Shown piece after piece: positions 10,044-19,973 of a stretch of DNA of 64,000 nt. The translations under genes and the position numbers were made by a program. Below the pieces are notes generated by a model, which was given only the letters and a program-made list of their open reading frames with translations, ran no database searches and was not told where the DNA came from. Origin of the DNA: an uncultured Candidatus Saccharibacteria bacterium (GTDB lineage: Bacteria; Patescibacteriota; Saccharimonadia; Saccharimonadales; JAGQNJ01). Positions within the stretch are counted from its first letter, which is position 1. Every line of letters begins with the position of its first letter. Location: assembly GCA_964491925.1 (NCBI GenBank), contig CAZBGZ010000001.1:192701-256700 (forward strand), in the 5' to 3' direction.

Positions 10044-11099
10044 ATGATAACGAGTCTGCGGTTACAAAATTTTCGTTCATATACCGATGTATCTTTTGAA
10101 TTCAGTGACTCGGTCAACATACTAATTGGCCCAAACGCTAGCGGCAAAACCAATGCTCTTGAGGGCCTGGTTTACGTCTGCAGAGGAGTTGGATTTAGAG
10201 GCACAGATACAGAAAATATAATGGGCAGCAAAGAATGGGCTAGAATCGACGCGCTGACTGATAAAAGCGAGACTAGGACTATAAAATTTGAAAGACAAGC
10301 CGAAACTACGAAAAAAATGATTTTAATAAACGATAAACAGACAGCCAGAATGGGCAAAACATCAGCCCTTCCCCTTGTACTTTTCGAGCCCAACTACCTA
10401 CAGCAACTAACCACCTCGCCAGAACAACGTAGAACGTTTCTGGACAACATTATTGGTGAGATCGATGACCAGTTCCAAAAAGACAAGCGAGATTATCACA
10501 GGACTTTAGCCCAACGAAACCGTTTATTAAAAAATGGAGGGGATAAAATTAACAAAACTATTTTTGCTTGGGACATAAGACTGAGTAGCCTGGGCGGTAA
10601 AATTGTCGAGAAGCGCAAACAAATAATTAATACTATAAACAAAGGCGTAAGCGAAAGTTACGCTAGTATTGCGGCAAAAAAACAGGCAATTAGTCTTGTA
10701 TATAAAGCAAATTTAGAACCCGGGGCATACGCTAGCAAAATGTTAAAGAAATTGGAAAAAGACTTGCCCCTAGATATACTCAGGGGATACACCGGTGCCG
10801 GTCCCCACAGAGATGACATTGGCATAGAAATCGATGGACACCCGATTGCTAATTTTGCCTCTCGGGGCGAAACCAGGACGACTCTCCTGGCACTGAAAAT
10901 CCAGGAAACAGACTTACTAGAAAAGAAAACCGGGAAAAAGCCTCTACTTTTGCTGGATGATGTTTATAGCGAATTGGACGGCAAAAGGCGCAAAGCCCTG
11001 ACCGCTTTCGTCAAAGATTACCAGAGCTTTATCACCACAACTGACGCCGATATAATTGCCAAAAACTTTGCTAGTGGGGTAAACACAATCTCGCTTTAG
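10044..11099 (+). CDS. recF: DNA replication/repair protein RecF
   Basis: LRLQNFRSY, Walker A GPNASGKTN and Walker B LLLLDDVYSELD. Confidence 0.9.
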   Translation: MITSLRLQNFRSYTDVSFEFSDSVNILIGPNASGKTNALEGLVYVCRGVGFRGTDTENIMGSKEWARIDALTDKSETRTIKFERQAETTKKMILINDKQTARMGKTSALPLVLFEPNYLQQLTTSPEQRRTFLDNIIGEIDDQFQKDKRDYHRTLAQRNRLLKNGGDKINKTIFAWDIRLSSLGGKIVEKRKQIINTINKGVSESYASIAAKKQAISLVYKANLEPGAYASKMLKKLEKDLPLDILRGYTGAGPHRDDIGIEIDGHPIANFASRGETRTTLLALKIQETDLLEKKTGKKPLLLLDDVYSELDGKRRKALTAFVKDYQSFITTTDADIIAKNFASGVNTISL

Positions 11100-11109
11100 C
11101 CAAGGAGCA

Positions 11110-11835
11110 CTAGTTTGCTGGCGCAATAATACTTGAATGCTCGTTATATACAATCGGATATTTCTTGATATCTATGCCTTTACTCTTCAGATAGGCAAGC
11201 GCTGCGGCTCGCCTGGTTTTTATAGCAGTTTTCTCGCTTCCCCGGTCTGAATTGCTTAGGTTGACTTCTACTTTTATAGTAACAAAATCATCACCTGCAT
11301 CATTTTGGGCAACCTCTGGAGTTATTGTGTAATCTAGCGTCGAATAAGGGGTTACATCGAGGACAGGATCCTCAAAGTTATTTTGGTCGACCTCCTCCAT
11401 TGCCTGCTGTTGTTCCTCTTTGCTCATTCGGTCGAAACGGACATAAACAGCCTTGAAGTTATAATTAAAATCTTTAATAACTTTGCCATTGGCTGCGTAT
11501 ATCTCTGGGAAGGTAAGCGAATAACTTTTTCCAATTTGCAGCGAGGTCATATCTACCGTTAGTTTACGGCCATCTATACTAAATTTTGTCCAGGTATTTT
11601 CAGGGTCGTCTTTGACGGTTTTTCTAAAATCTTGTTTAGGGTCAAGCGGCTTGTTGAAAGTTAGGGTGAAGCGTTTTGTGGTGCTGGGGATGTCACTGTT
11701 ATTCTTAGGGTCTGTACCGCTGACGTAAAAAGTAAAAACATTTCTCAGGAGTGTAAAAGCCAGAAATATAATAACAACAGCAGCAAAAACACCTGCAATT
11801 CGTTTTAGATTCTTGTATTGGTCATCATCGTACAT
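11110..11835 (-). CDS. membrane-anchored hypothetical protein, last gene of the T4SS-like minus-strand operon
   Basis: Single N-terminal TM (IAGVFAAVVIIFLAFTLL) followed by a beta-rich ectodomain. The start lies 12 nt after the upstream stop. Confidence 0.45.
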   Translation of the reverse strand: MYDDDQYKNLKRIAGVFAAVVIIFLAFTLLRNVFTFYVSGTDPKNNSDIPSTTKRFTLTFNKPLDPKQDFRKTVKDDPENTWTKFSIDGRKLTVDMTSLQIGKSYSLTFPEIYAANGKVIKDFNYNFKAVYVRFDRMSKEEQQQAMEEVDQNNFEDPVLDVTPYSTLDYTITPEVAQNDAGDDFVTIKVEVNLSNSDRGSEKTAIKTRRAAALAYLKSKGIDIKKYPIVYNEHSSIIAPAN

Positions 11836-11846
11836 TATTTGCCTTC

Positions 11847-13157
11847 TTAGTTACTTTTTGTTCCGAAGCCGGTTATCGATGAACTAGTTATGCTTTTGTC
11901 TGTCTTCCGGATACCATTAGTTTCATTTCCGCCAATAGTAGTCATGGTTGTGCCATTAACGGCTACTACTATATTAACGTGACTCATGCCATTCTTATAT
12001 ATTACAATGTCTCCCACTTTTGGCGTGTAGCCAGATCCAGCCGCGTGGTAAGAGCCATGTGCTTCGAACCAGGCTTTTACGCTAGTAACGGCAGGTATGC
12101 GCCAGCCACCACTAACGCCACTATCGAATGGGCTTTCGGCTTCTTTTAATACCCAGCTAACAAAATCTGCACACCATTGTTCCTTATTGCCGTCGGTGTA
12201 CTTAAACTCACCGTTTGATGCTTCTAGATCTTTCCCCCCATTGGCGGCAAATTCTCTTTCTGCTATTTCGGCTATTTTTGCACCCAGCTCAGTGCTAGTC
12301 GAACAGCCGGCAAGACCGGCTAGTGCCCCGTACTGTACAAAGGCTCCGTAAAAATCGTTAGCCGGGTATTCAATGCCCTCGCCGTCTCGTTTGATTTGTC
12401 CCCAGGTTCCATTTGTCCCTTGTACGGCTGGGTCTCGTTTTTCGTCAGCTTTGTTCATGACATACGGCGAGCCTTCGTAGCCTTCTGTCTCAGCATTGAA
12501 ACCAAGGTTAAAAGCCTGAGCCTTATAGGCCGAGGCTCTTCCGTTATAGCCGAAGAAAGAGTCTTTCACGCCTTTCTCGCTACCATCACCCGTTAGAGGC
12601 AGACTAGTTTTGCCCTTTAAAAATCTTGCCGCCCAAATACTTTGACGCTTGAATTCTTCTTGGGATACTGGGCCGGGTGGATAGTCACGACCGCCGTTTC
12701 CCAGCCTTTCATAGTCCTGATAAATTCCCTGGCCGTTGGACGGGTTATCAACCGCTAGGCCATGTTCGTTGTTGTGTATAACCGCCACCATTTGCCACGG
12801 TATGCCTGCGGCAGTGGCCGCTTCTTCATAAACGCCTTTATTGGCATTAATCTGGTCTTTCTGGGCTTGGCTGAATATCTCGGCACCGTTATAGGCCTTG
12901 CCTGTTTCAGAGCTGGTTGGAGCATCCGCCTGAGATCTTGCAGCCGAAGATGCATCGCCACCACCGCTACCAGAGCTATCATTGTTTGTGCAGCCAGATT
13001 CACTTTCCTCGGCCGTATCGTCTAGGTGTGGCCTGCCGACAATAATGTCGTGCAAGTCACTTTGCCTTATTCTAAATGCATAAACGGGGGTAGTAGAACT
13101 GGTTAGTACTAAAATTACGGAAATAAGCGAAAATATCTTTTTCATATTATTGACCAT
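11847..13157 (-). CDS. secreted cell-wall hydrolase with C-terminal CHAP domain (possible lysozyme/transglycosylase-like middle region)
   Basis: Signal peptide MKKIFSLISVILVLTSSTTPVYA. CHAP-type Cys (EQWCADFVSWV) and His (GDIVIYKNGMSHVNIVV). A weak SLT-like stretch, IHNNEHGL...NGQGIYQ. Confidence 0.7.
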   Translation of the reverse strand: MVNNMKKIFSLISVILVLTSSTTPVYAFRIRQSDLHDIIVGRPHLDDTAEESESGCTNNDSSGSGGGDASSAARSQADAPTSSETGKAYNGAEIFSQAQKDQINANKGVYEEAATAAGIPWQMVAVIHNNEHGLAVDNPSNGQGIYQDYERLGNGGRDYPPGPVSQEEFKRQSIWAARFLKGKTSLPLTGDGSEKGVKDSFFGYNGRASAYKAQAFNLGFNAETEGYEGSPYVMNKADEKRDPAVQGTNGTWGQIKRDGEGIEYPANDFYGAFVQYGALAGLAGCSTSTELGAKIAEIAEREFAANGGKDLEASNGEFKYTDGNKEQWCADFVSWVLKEAESPFDSGVSGGWRIPAVTSVKAWFEAHGSYHAAGSGYTPKVGDIVIYKNGMSHVNIVVAVNGTTMTTIGGNETNGIRKTDKSITSSSITGFGTKSN

Positions 13158-16095
13158 TTACCGACCAGTGCCACGACTCGCTTGGCAAATTTTTGAATCC
13201 ATAAGTTGCGGCATTTTTTGACAGCCAGTTGAAACATGTCGAGCCACGTCCACAATTTCCAAAATCGATTGCCAATCCCTTTTCGTGGTTTGATGTGCCC
13301 GGTTTTGCAGTAGGGGGCGAGCAATCACTAGATTTAGAGTTTTGCCAGTCTGGGCAGTTTTGCTTGCGCAATAATATCTGCTTCGCAGAATCACGCCAGC
13401 ATGAACCAGTTAGGATTACCCCATCTCTCCTGGCGGCTTCCATCATGTCATTCGCTTTCTCGGCAATTGATGTATGGCAGCCTGTTGTCAAGCCTTTTAC
13501 TGGGGCTATTTGGCTCTCGTCAACTGGACCAGTTGGTAATTGGGACGCTAGCGCACCACTGCCACCACTGCCATCTCCAGTATCAGGATCTTGAATCTCT
13601 TTCAGATGATCAAGGCTGTTATCGTACATTTTAGAAACTCTATACCGGAAAACTAAATCACCATATTTAGGGTTCCTCGTGCCTAGGTTTTTGGGTGAGC
13701 ATTTACCCTTGTCGCTAATAACATCGCCTTTCTCGTTGCGAACTATGCGTTCCTCTGAGATTAGAGTCCCAAAGGAGTCTTCAAAGCAAGTTTTATACTC
13801 TTCCTCAATATCGTCTTTTTTCCCGCTTTCTTCTAATATTTTGCTGTTTTCGAGCGGACTGTATGAGGTGTTATTTTTTATAAGATCATTTTCCGCCATG
13901 CTGTAGCCTATCTGGACGATTCCATAATTTTGTTGAGCGCCTGTTAGTGCCTGCGCAGAGTTATTGGTGCTAGCAAATGCGAAGAATGGGTTGGACAAAG
14001 AACTAGAAGCCATGGTCGCAAGTCTCTGTACAAAACCCGGTATTCCGTTATCATCGCCCAAGAAGGCAGAGAAAGTTGTGGACGTGGTCGTTAGTAAAGA
14101 CCGAGGATTTTGAGGCGACAGATATCTTTCAAAAGCGGTTTTCTTTGCTTCTTGGCTCTGCAAATCATTGACGGTTAGTCTGACATCATCGACAACTTCG
14201 TTGCTGGTCATCGGGCGGCCGTAAAAGACTTGTTGTTGTTCTTGCCCGTTTTGCAGGTTGCCACCCATGTCTGCTTGCACGGCAAGTTCTTCTCCGCGGG
14301 AGCCTCCGTTGCTTTGTGCGTGAACGCCCATTTCCACCAGGCTTTTCGCCAGAAGTGTAGCGCCAGCAATCGCACCTGCCTGCAAGGCTATTATCCCCCC
14401 TCTTTTTAAGGCTCCTTTGACACTCATCTTGGCTGTAATTTCTCCTATCCGATTAACGACAAATACTTTCAACCCTTGCTCACTTACTGTGGACGAACCC
14501 CCAGAGAAAAACCCTGCCGTTAGCTCCGCAATCGTAACTGCCGCTGCGACCCTTAGGTCGGTGATCTTTGGGCAGATAAAATCAGCATATGCGCTGGCTG
14601 TGCGACCCAAAGGGTTGTCTCCTAGCAGTAGGGTCAATGCCGTGAACTCGCCACTACCACCTGAATGGGGGCTTTTGACCTCGTCCTCAGTATTGACTGT
14701 TTGTCCAGCAGCTCTCCTTAGGGGGACTGATCTGGCTACATTATGGCGCCACCTTCTGCTTACGGCAGCGGTGGCCTGGGTTGTAAGTTCGCCTTTTTCT
14801 AGCTGTTCAGCTGGGCCAACCAACGACTGGTAACTTTTTTGTAGTTGAGCATTTTCAGAATCTATAGCGGGCTTAGCTTTGTGGATAGAACCTTCGTAAA
14901 CAATGCATAAAGGTACGGCAATAGCGTAGATTAAAGATGCTGTAGAAAGCGCCCTGGCGCTCGTTGTCGGCTTTAGGTCATTTTCTAGGTTCTCGGTTAT
15001 TGCTTTCGGGACCGTGCCGTCGCCCTCTCTCCATTCTTTAGCGCACTTGGGATCATCCAGACAAGCATGGAGTTCACTTTCTAGCCTGCCTTGTGCTTCA
15101 GCTATATCTTTTATACTACTGCGAGTGGTATCTTTCCAGGTTCTTTCTATGTTTTCCCTCTGTAGCGCCAGATCTATTTGTTCGGCTTTAAGCCCCCGAT
15201 ATTCTCTCAGCCTTTTCGACAGGCCTAGCTGTTTCAGCCCCAGATCTTCGTAAACCGTTTTCATTACAGAGCTTCGGACCAAGGTATTGTTGCGTCTCAT
15301 GGCAACCTCTAGCTCCCCGTCCATCGCAGCAGTAAATTTTACCCTCTCCCTGTAATTGTCACGGGTAAAGAATCCTCTAATAGTCGGCTTGTTGTATGGT
15401 ATTCTTTCGCCATTAACTACTACCGCTGTAAGTCTTGGCCGTCTTAATAGGCGACCCTCATCATACTCATATGTCAAAATGCCTTCTGATTTCAGGTTTT
15501 CGAATACTTTTTGTGGCCTATACTGGTCAAGTTTGCCCCAATAGTTCTCGCGAAGGTTCGAGTATTTTTGCTTCATGCTATTGAAAAGCCCATCGTCAGC
15601 AGTGTCCAAGGCGATTTTTTGCCCATCTATCTGACTTTGGCTTATTCGGAATTGCCGAGCTGACCTAGAGAATTGCCAACCCGTTATGTTTTCTGCCAAA
15701 TGAGGAATCATCAGGCTAGCTATGAACAGTATCAAGATCGCTAAAGCCAATAACGCACCGATCCCAAAACCAATCATTAGTTTGTTTTTGCCGCCAGCGA
15801 TGTTTTTCATTCCTGACAATCTTGTTTTTAGGCTCTTAGCGCCGGGGCTTGCCGGGCTGGGGTTGCCTTTATAAAATCCGCCGCCCGCACCTTTATCTTC
15901 CGATTCTCCCCCGGTCGCAGTCTTTAATCTTTCGGCTTCGCGCTTTTCTGCCAAATCTTGGTCCGCACCTGCTCTTGCACGGGTTTCCACATCACTTTGT
16001 TCAGAGGGGCTCATACCTGTTATGGCCTCTAGCTCGTCGTTGCCAGGCAAAGTTCCTAGGCTGGTTTTCTTGTTTTGGTCATCGTAGACGGGCAT
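13147..16095 (-). CDS. 982-aa membrane protein with C-terminal M15 (VanY/LD-carboxypeptidase-like) peptidase domain
   Basis: TM at about residues 110-140 and a large extracytoplasmic region. The C-terminus has GTSNHEKGLAIDF and ESWHWS (zinc-peptidase M15 signature). The stop overlaps the next start by 11 nt. Confidence 0.7.
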   Translation of the reverse strand: MPVYDDQNKKTSLGTLPGNDELEAITGMSPSEQSDVETRARAGADQDLAEKREAERLKTATGGESEDKGAGGGFYKGNPSPASPGAKSLKTRLSGMKNIAGGKNKLMIGFGIGALLALAILILFIASLMIPHLAENITGWQFSRSARQFRISQSQIDGQKIALDTADDGLFNSMKQKYSNLRENYWGKLDQYRPQKVFENLKSEGILTYEYDEGRLLRRPRLTAVVVNGERIPYNKPTIRGFFTRDNYRERVKFTAAMDGELEVAMRRNNTLVRSSVMKTVYEDLGLKQLGLSKRLREYRGLKAEQIDLALQRENIERTWKDTTRSSIKDIAEAQGRLESELHACLDDPKCAKEWREGDGTVPKAITENLENDLKPTTSARALSTASLIYAIAVPLCIVYEGSIHKAKPAIDSENAQLQKSYQSLVGPAEQLEKGELTTQATAAVSRRWRHNVARSVPLRRAAGQTVNTEDEVKSPHSGGSGEFTALTLLLGDNPLGRTASAYADFICPKITDLRVAAAVTIAELTAGFFSGGSSTVSEQGLKVFVVNRIGEITAKMSVKGALKRGGIIALQAGAIAGATLLAKSLVEMGVHAQSNGGSRGEELAVQADMGGNLQNGQEQQQVFYGRPMTSNEVVDDVRLTVNDLQSQEAKKTAFERYLSPQNPRSLLTTTSTTFSAFLGDDNGIPGFVQRLATMASSSLSNPFFAFASTNNSAQALTGAQQNYGIVQIGYSMAENDLIKNNTSYSPLENSKILEESGKKDDIEEEYKTCFEDSFGTLISEERIVRNEKGDVISDKGKCSPKNLGTRNPKYGDLVFRYRVSKMYDNSLDHLKEIQDPDTGDGSGGSGALASQLPTGPVDESQIAPVKGLTTGCHTSIAEKANDMMEAARRDGVILTGSCWRDSAKQILLRKQNCPDWQNSKSSDCSPPTAKPGTSNHEKGLAIDFGNCGRGSTCFNWLSKNAATYGFKNLPSESWHWSVNGQ

Positions 16096-16136
16096 ATTGG
16101 TTGGCCTTTTTTGTATTCAGCATGACTTATTACTAA

Positions 16137-18062
16137 TTATAACCCAGGCATTAGCTGGTTATTAAGATCAATTGTTCCTTGGGGGTTATCCATTACTCCC
16201 TGTCTGTTGATTTGGTCTACCTGCGCCGGATTTGTAGTTATTAGGCCAGTTTCTGTTGGGCTGGCTATAATTTGAATGTGGACATGATTTTGCCCGGCAA
16301 AAAATAGTCCTTGGCCAACGGGAAATTGAGTTAGTCTTTTCTTTTCTTCGCTTGTCAGTTTGAACACATCAGCCAGCACGTCGACTGCAGCCGGAGATTG
16401 TTTCAAAAGTAGCTGCATAGAGGCGTTAGCTACTATTGCTCGGCCCATCCTGGAGCCAATAAAGTCTTCAACATCCTGAGAAATTGTGGTGATGCCCAGG
16501 TTATATTTTCGGGCGCGCTTTGCAAGTGAAAATAAGAAATTGGCAGAGTCTTCATATTTCATCAACTGCCAGGCTTCGTCGATTATTAACATTCGCCTTC
16601 GTTGATCAGATTTTGTCCTGTTCCATATGTAGTTTAGAACGATGTACATAGCTACTGGCCGTAGCTCGTCCTCTAGGTCGCGAATATTGAATACCACCAT
16701 TTGATTATTGATATCAATATTTGATTGCTGGCTGAAAATCCCTGCAAACGTCCCGGTAGTATATTTTCGTAATCGTTGGGCTAACTGTGGGCCGGTGCCA
16801 CCCATATGAAGTAGGGTGTCATACAAGTCAGCGACGGTTGGCGGAACAGAGTTATGGGTCAAGGGGTCGTTGGTGATGCCTGCTTTTGCATATGTTTCGA
16901 TTAACGCAGAATCTAGGTCAGATTCTTCAACGGGGGAAAGCGCTGGGCCGATAGAGCCTCCACCGCCCATCGAGGCTACCATTTGCGCCTGGGCTCCACC
17001 CATCATCAGTCGCAACAATCCGTGCAGTGTAATGAGGTTGCTGCGAAGAGCGTTGTCTGCTTCCTCTGTGTCGACAACTTTTGGCAAATCGAAAGGATTT
17101 ATTCTTGTGGCAGAGTTCAGACTGAGGCGTACATACGCACCACCGACGGCTTCTGCCATGCGCTGATATTCATTTTCGGGGTCAATAATGACGACTTCGG
17201 CGCCAAACATCATGCTTCTTAGTGCTTCTAGTTTTACGGCGAATGATTTTCCGGCACCAGACTTTGCAAAAACTACTGCATTGCCATTCTCTAGAGTGAA
17301 TCGGTCAAAAATAACTAGACCCGAGTTATGCATGTTGATTCCATACAAAACACCCTCGTCCTGGCTGAGGTCCGCGCTAGTAAACGGGAAGCTAGTAGAC
17401 AGCGCCCCGGTGCTCATGTTGCGCCGTATTTGTAATTGGTCAGTAAATTGCGGGACTGTACTGGCTAGTCCCTGCTCTTGCTGTGATGTTGCGGGCTTAG
17501 AGTAGACCAACTGCTGGCCTAGCAACGATTCTACTTTATGAGTCACAAAGTCTAGTTCGTCCAAGCTATTAGCGTACAGGGTAAAATAGAATCCAAAACG
17601 GAAGAATCGTTCTTCGCCTACCTGTAGCTTGTCCCGCATTTCCTCGGCATCCACAATTGTAGCTTGCTTGCCTGGGTCACGTACACGGCCCTTTTCACTA
17701 TCTATCTGCAGCCCGGCTTCTAGTTGCCCGACTTTTTTACGCAAGTTCTCTAACACTACTTGGCTTTCTACCGGGTAGATGAACATGGACAAGTCGATGA
17801 TCTCGTCGATGTTAATCAGGCTACTCAACCAGCCAGTGTATAGACTGCGCGGGTAACCAAAAACGTAGAAGTTGCGAGCAAACCTAGTGCCGATCTGAAA
17901 AAACGTACTGTTCAGCTCGATAGAGCTAGGAGCAATAAAATCGCGCAGTGCTGTAACGCCTTTTTGAAAGGCAACATGCACCTCGGCTGCTTCTCGGCGG
18001 CGCTGGGCTTCTGCTAGCTCTACAGGGTCGGTCGTGGCTTTTTTGCCTCCAAATAAACCCAT
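16137..18062 (-). CDS. virB4: VirB4/TrsE-family type IV secretion ATPase
   Basis: Walker A FAKSGAGKSF, Walker B RRRMLIIDEAWQLM, and an N-terminal VirB4-type domain (YVFGYPRSLYTGWLSSLI..DLSMFIYP). Confidence 0.85.
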   Translation of the reverse strand: MGLFGGKKATTDPVELAEAQRRREAAEVHVAFQKGVTALRDFIAPSSIELNSTFFQIGTRFARNFYVFGYPRSLYTGWLSSLINIDEIIDLSMFIYPVESQVVLENLRKKVGQLEAGLQIDSEKGRVRDPGKQATIVDAEEMRDKLQVGEERFFRFGFYFTLYANSLDELDFVTHKVESLLGQQLVYSKPATSQQEQGLASTVPQFTDQLQIRRNMSTGALSTSFPFTSADLSQDEGVLYGINMHNSGLVIFDRFTLENGNAVVFAKSGAGKSFAVKLEALRSMMFGAEVVIIDPENEYQRMAEAVGGAYVRLSLNSATRINPFDLPKVVDTEEADNALRSNLITLHGLLRLMMGGAQAQMVASMGGGGSIGPALSPVEESDLDSALIETYAKAGITNDPLTHNSVPPTVADLYDTLLHMGGTGPQLAQRLRKYTTGTFAGIFSQQSNIDINNQMVVFNIRDLEDELRPVAMYIVLNYIWNRTKSDQRRRMLIIDEAWQLMKYEDSANFLFSLAKRARKYNLGITTISQDVEDFIGSRMGRAIVANASMQLLLKQSPAAVDVLADVFKLTSEEKKRLTQFPVGQGLFFAGQNHVHIQIIASPTETGLITTNPAQVDQINRQGVMDNPQGTIDLNNQLMPGL

Positions 18063-18063
18063 A

Positions 18064-18933
18064 TTACTGTAAATCCTTGTCTAGGTTTGGTTGTCGGGCC
18101 TGTCCTTGGCCCTTCATTACTACTGTTGCTGTCAGGTCATTAAAGCTTTTCAACTGTTGTCTGGTAGCGGTGTCGGGGTTATAAAAGTCGTAGTATAGTT
18201 CAATTAACTCCTGGGTATCTAATGGAACGCCCTGGACACTACATTGCATCAACCCGCCCAAAACAGACTGGACCCGGTTACGAAGTTCTACCTTGGCGTC
18301 TTCCAGTTCTTTTTCGTTAACCGTCACAACTTGGTGCTCTTTTTTCCCGAAAATGCTAGTTAGCCCACCGAAGAAATTTTTACTTTGGGTCAAGGCTTTT
18401 TGGACATCAACCTGTGCAAAAAACGGTATAACTATGTAAAAATTCTTATCCATAATGTTGGTTTGTGTCGATATGTCACTAATATAGTTGATGTAATCTT
18501 CCATCATTAGAGCTAATAACATGTTGTCGTGTTCGGAACGGATTTTGTCTAGTTTTTCAATATAAGGGCGTATGTCAACCTTTTGAGACCGTACGAATAT
18601 TTGGATTGGGAAATACAAAGAGTTCAAAAAACCCTGGTATCCAGATTCTACCCCCTCGCGTTCTTGGGGACTCATTAGGTCAAAGTTAATACTGCGAAGC
18701 ATCACCACTGAACGGAAAGAGCCGTCGTTCATTATTACAATTCCGTCTCTTATTTCGGCGATTTGTAACATGTTTTGAGTACTAGTAGGGTTAACTTTTG
18801 GTTTTGGGGCGTTCTGCCCGCTTTGATGTGGTTGTGCGGGGGCAGGTTGTTTGCCAATAACCGCACTGGCAGGAACCGGCGTAGGCATTCCAGTTTGAGG
18901 TTGGCCGGGTTGTTGATTATCAGAAGGATTCAT
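18064..18933 (-). CDS. T4SS-associated hypothetical protein (P/Q-rich N-terminus)
   Basis: The stop lies 1 nt before the virB4 start. It has no TM segment and I recognise no motif. Confidence 0.45.
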   Translation of the reverse strand: MNPSDNQQPGQPQTGMPTPVPASAVIGKQPAPAQPHQSGQNAPKPKVNPTSTQNMLQIAEIRDGIVIMNDGSFRSVVMLRSINFDLMSPQEREGVESGYQGFLNSLYFPIQIFVRSQKVDIRPYIEKLDKIRSEHDNMLLALMMEDYINYISDISTQTNIMDKNFYIVIPFFAQVDVQKALTQSKNFFGGLTSIFGKKEHQVVTVNEKELEDAKVELRNRVQSVLGGLMQCSVQGVPLDTQELIELYYDFYNPDTATRQQLKSFNDLTATVVMKGQGQARQPNLDKDLQ

Positions 18934-18979
18934 TTATTTTTTGCCCACCAATGGCTTTTAGAAAGACGAACCGCCAAGA

Positions 18980-19960
18980 CTAATGTAGAGATATGGTTAC
19001 CTCTCCGTCGTGCTCATCTACATTTTCTGACGATGAACGGACATTTAGCTCGGTTTTATTGTCTTGTTTGACAGGATTTATTATATCAGGCGTAGGTGTT
19101 TGTGTCATTGGCTGATTGGTGGGTGTTTGTACGGGGGATGCGGGCATGGGGGTTTGTGTGGGCGGAGTATAAGTAGCGGTAGGGGCAGTTTGGGCCTGTG
19201 CAACTGGGGCAACGGGTGTCTGGACATCTGCTAATGGCCCCATAGACGGTGTCGCAGTATAAACAATTGGCACGGCTTGTTGACTAGGCGGTTGCGCTGT
19301 TGCTACTTTTTGCTCCTCGGCAATATTTTGCATTTCTTGTAATACTGCGGTTCTGTGTGTTTGTTGGTTCTCGGCCACCATAGCGTTAATGGTTTGTGCC
19401 AGTGGTGTCGTGGCAGCGTCCAGCAGGTCTTCACCTGGCTTGACACTGGTTATATCTGTTTGGGGGATAGCCTGGATATCCAACAACCTATCAGATGATT
19501 CGCTTTGCAAGGGGTTAGCATAAACATTAGTTGACACATTTTTTATTGCCCAGCCACGAGTATCCATGGTATTAGCCAGGGCCTTTAGCCGGCTCCTGGC
19601 TTCTTCTTTGCCAAATTCTTTTGTCAGCTGTTTTTTCTCAACTTTTGGTGCTGTAACCCTGACCATTTCTTCAATTCCATCCTGATTCCAAATCCGCTTT
19701 CGGGGGAAAATAAAAAATTTTATTTTAGCCAGCATCCACACTTCTGATGATTGGTCGTGGCCAAATGGCGCTGCTAGCATGGCAAAGAAAATAAGTGGTG
19801 GCAAGAACGGTATAGCCAAATACCACCCAACAACAGCCAAGCGGAATGCTACAAAACCAATAACAATCACAATAATGGCGTAAATAAACTGCCTCAGGGT
19901 CAACGGCCCCAGCAGCTTGTCCTCTGCCTCTATGTCTTGTAATACTTTATATTGCGCCAT
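18980..19960 (-). CDS. PrgI/VirB3-like small-TM T4SS protein with long P/T/Q-rich C-terminal region
   Basis: N-terminus MAQYKVLQDIEAEDKLLGPLTLRQFIYAIIVIVIGF followed by two TM helices, a pattern I associate with PrgI-family proteins of monoderm T4SS. Confidence 0.5.
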   Translation of the reverse strand: MAQYKVLQDIEAEDKLLGPLTLRQFIYAIIVIVIGFVAFRLAVVGWYLAIPFLPPLIFFAMLAAPFGHDQSSEVWMLAKIKFFIFPRKRIWNQDGIEEMVRVTAPKVEKKQLTKEFGKEEARSRLKALANTMDTRGWAIKNVSTNVYANPLQSESSDRLLDIQAIPQTDITSVKPGEDLLDAATTPLAQTINAMVAENQQTHRTAVLQEMQNIAEEQKVATAQPPSQQAVPIVYTATPSMGPLADVQTPVAPVAQAQTAPTATYTPPTQTPMPASPVQTPTNQPMTQTPTPDIINPVKQDNKTELNVRSSSENVDEHDGEVTISLH

Positions 19961-19973
19961 AATTTATATATTA

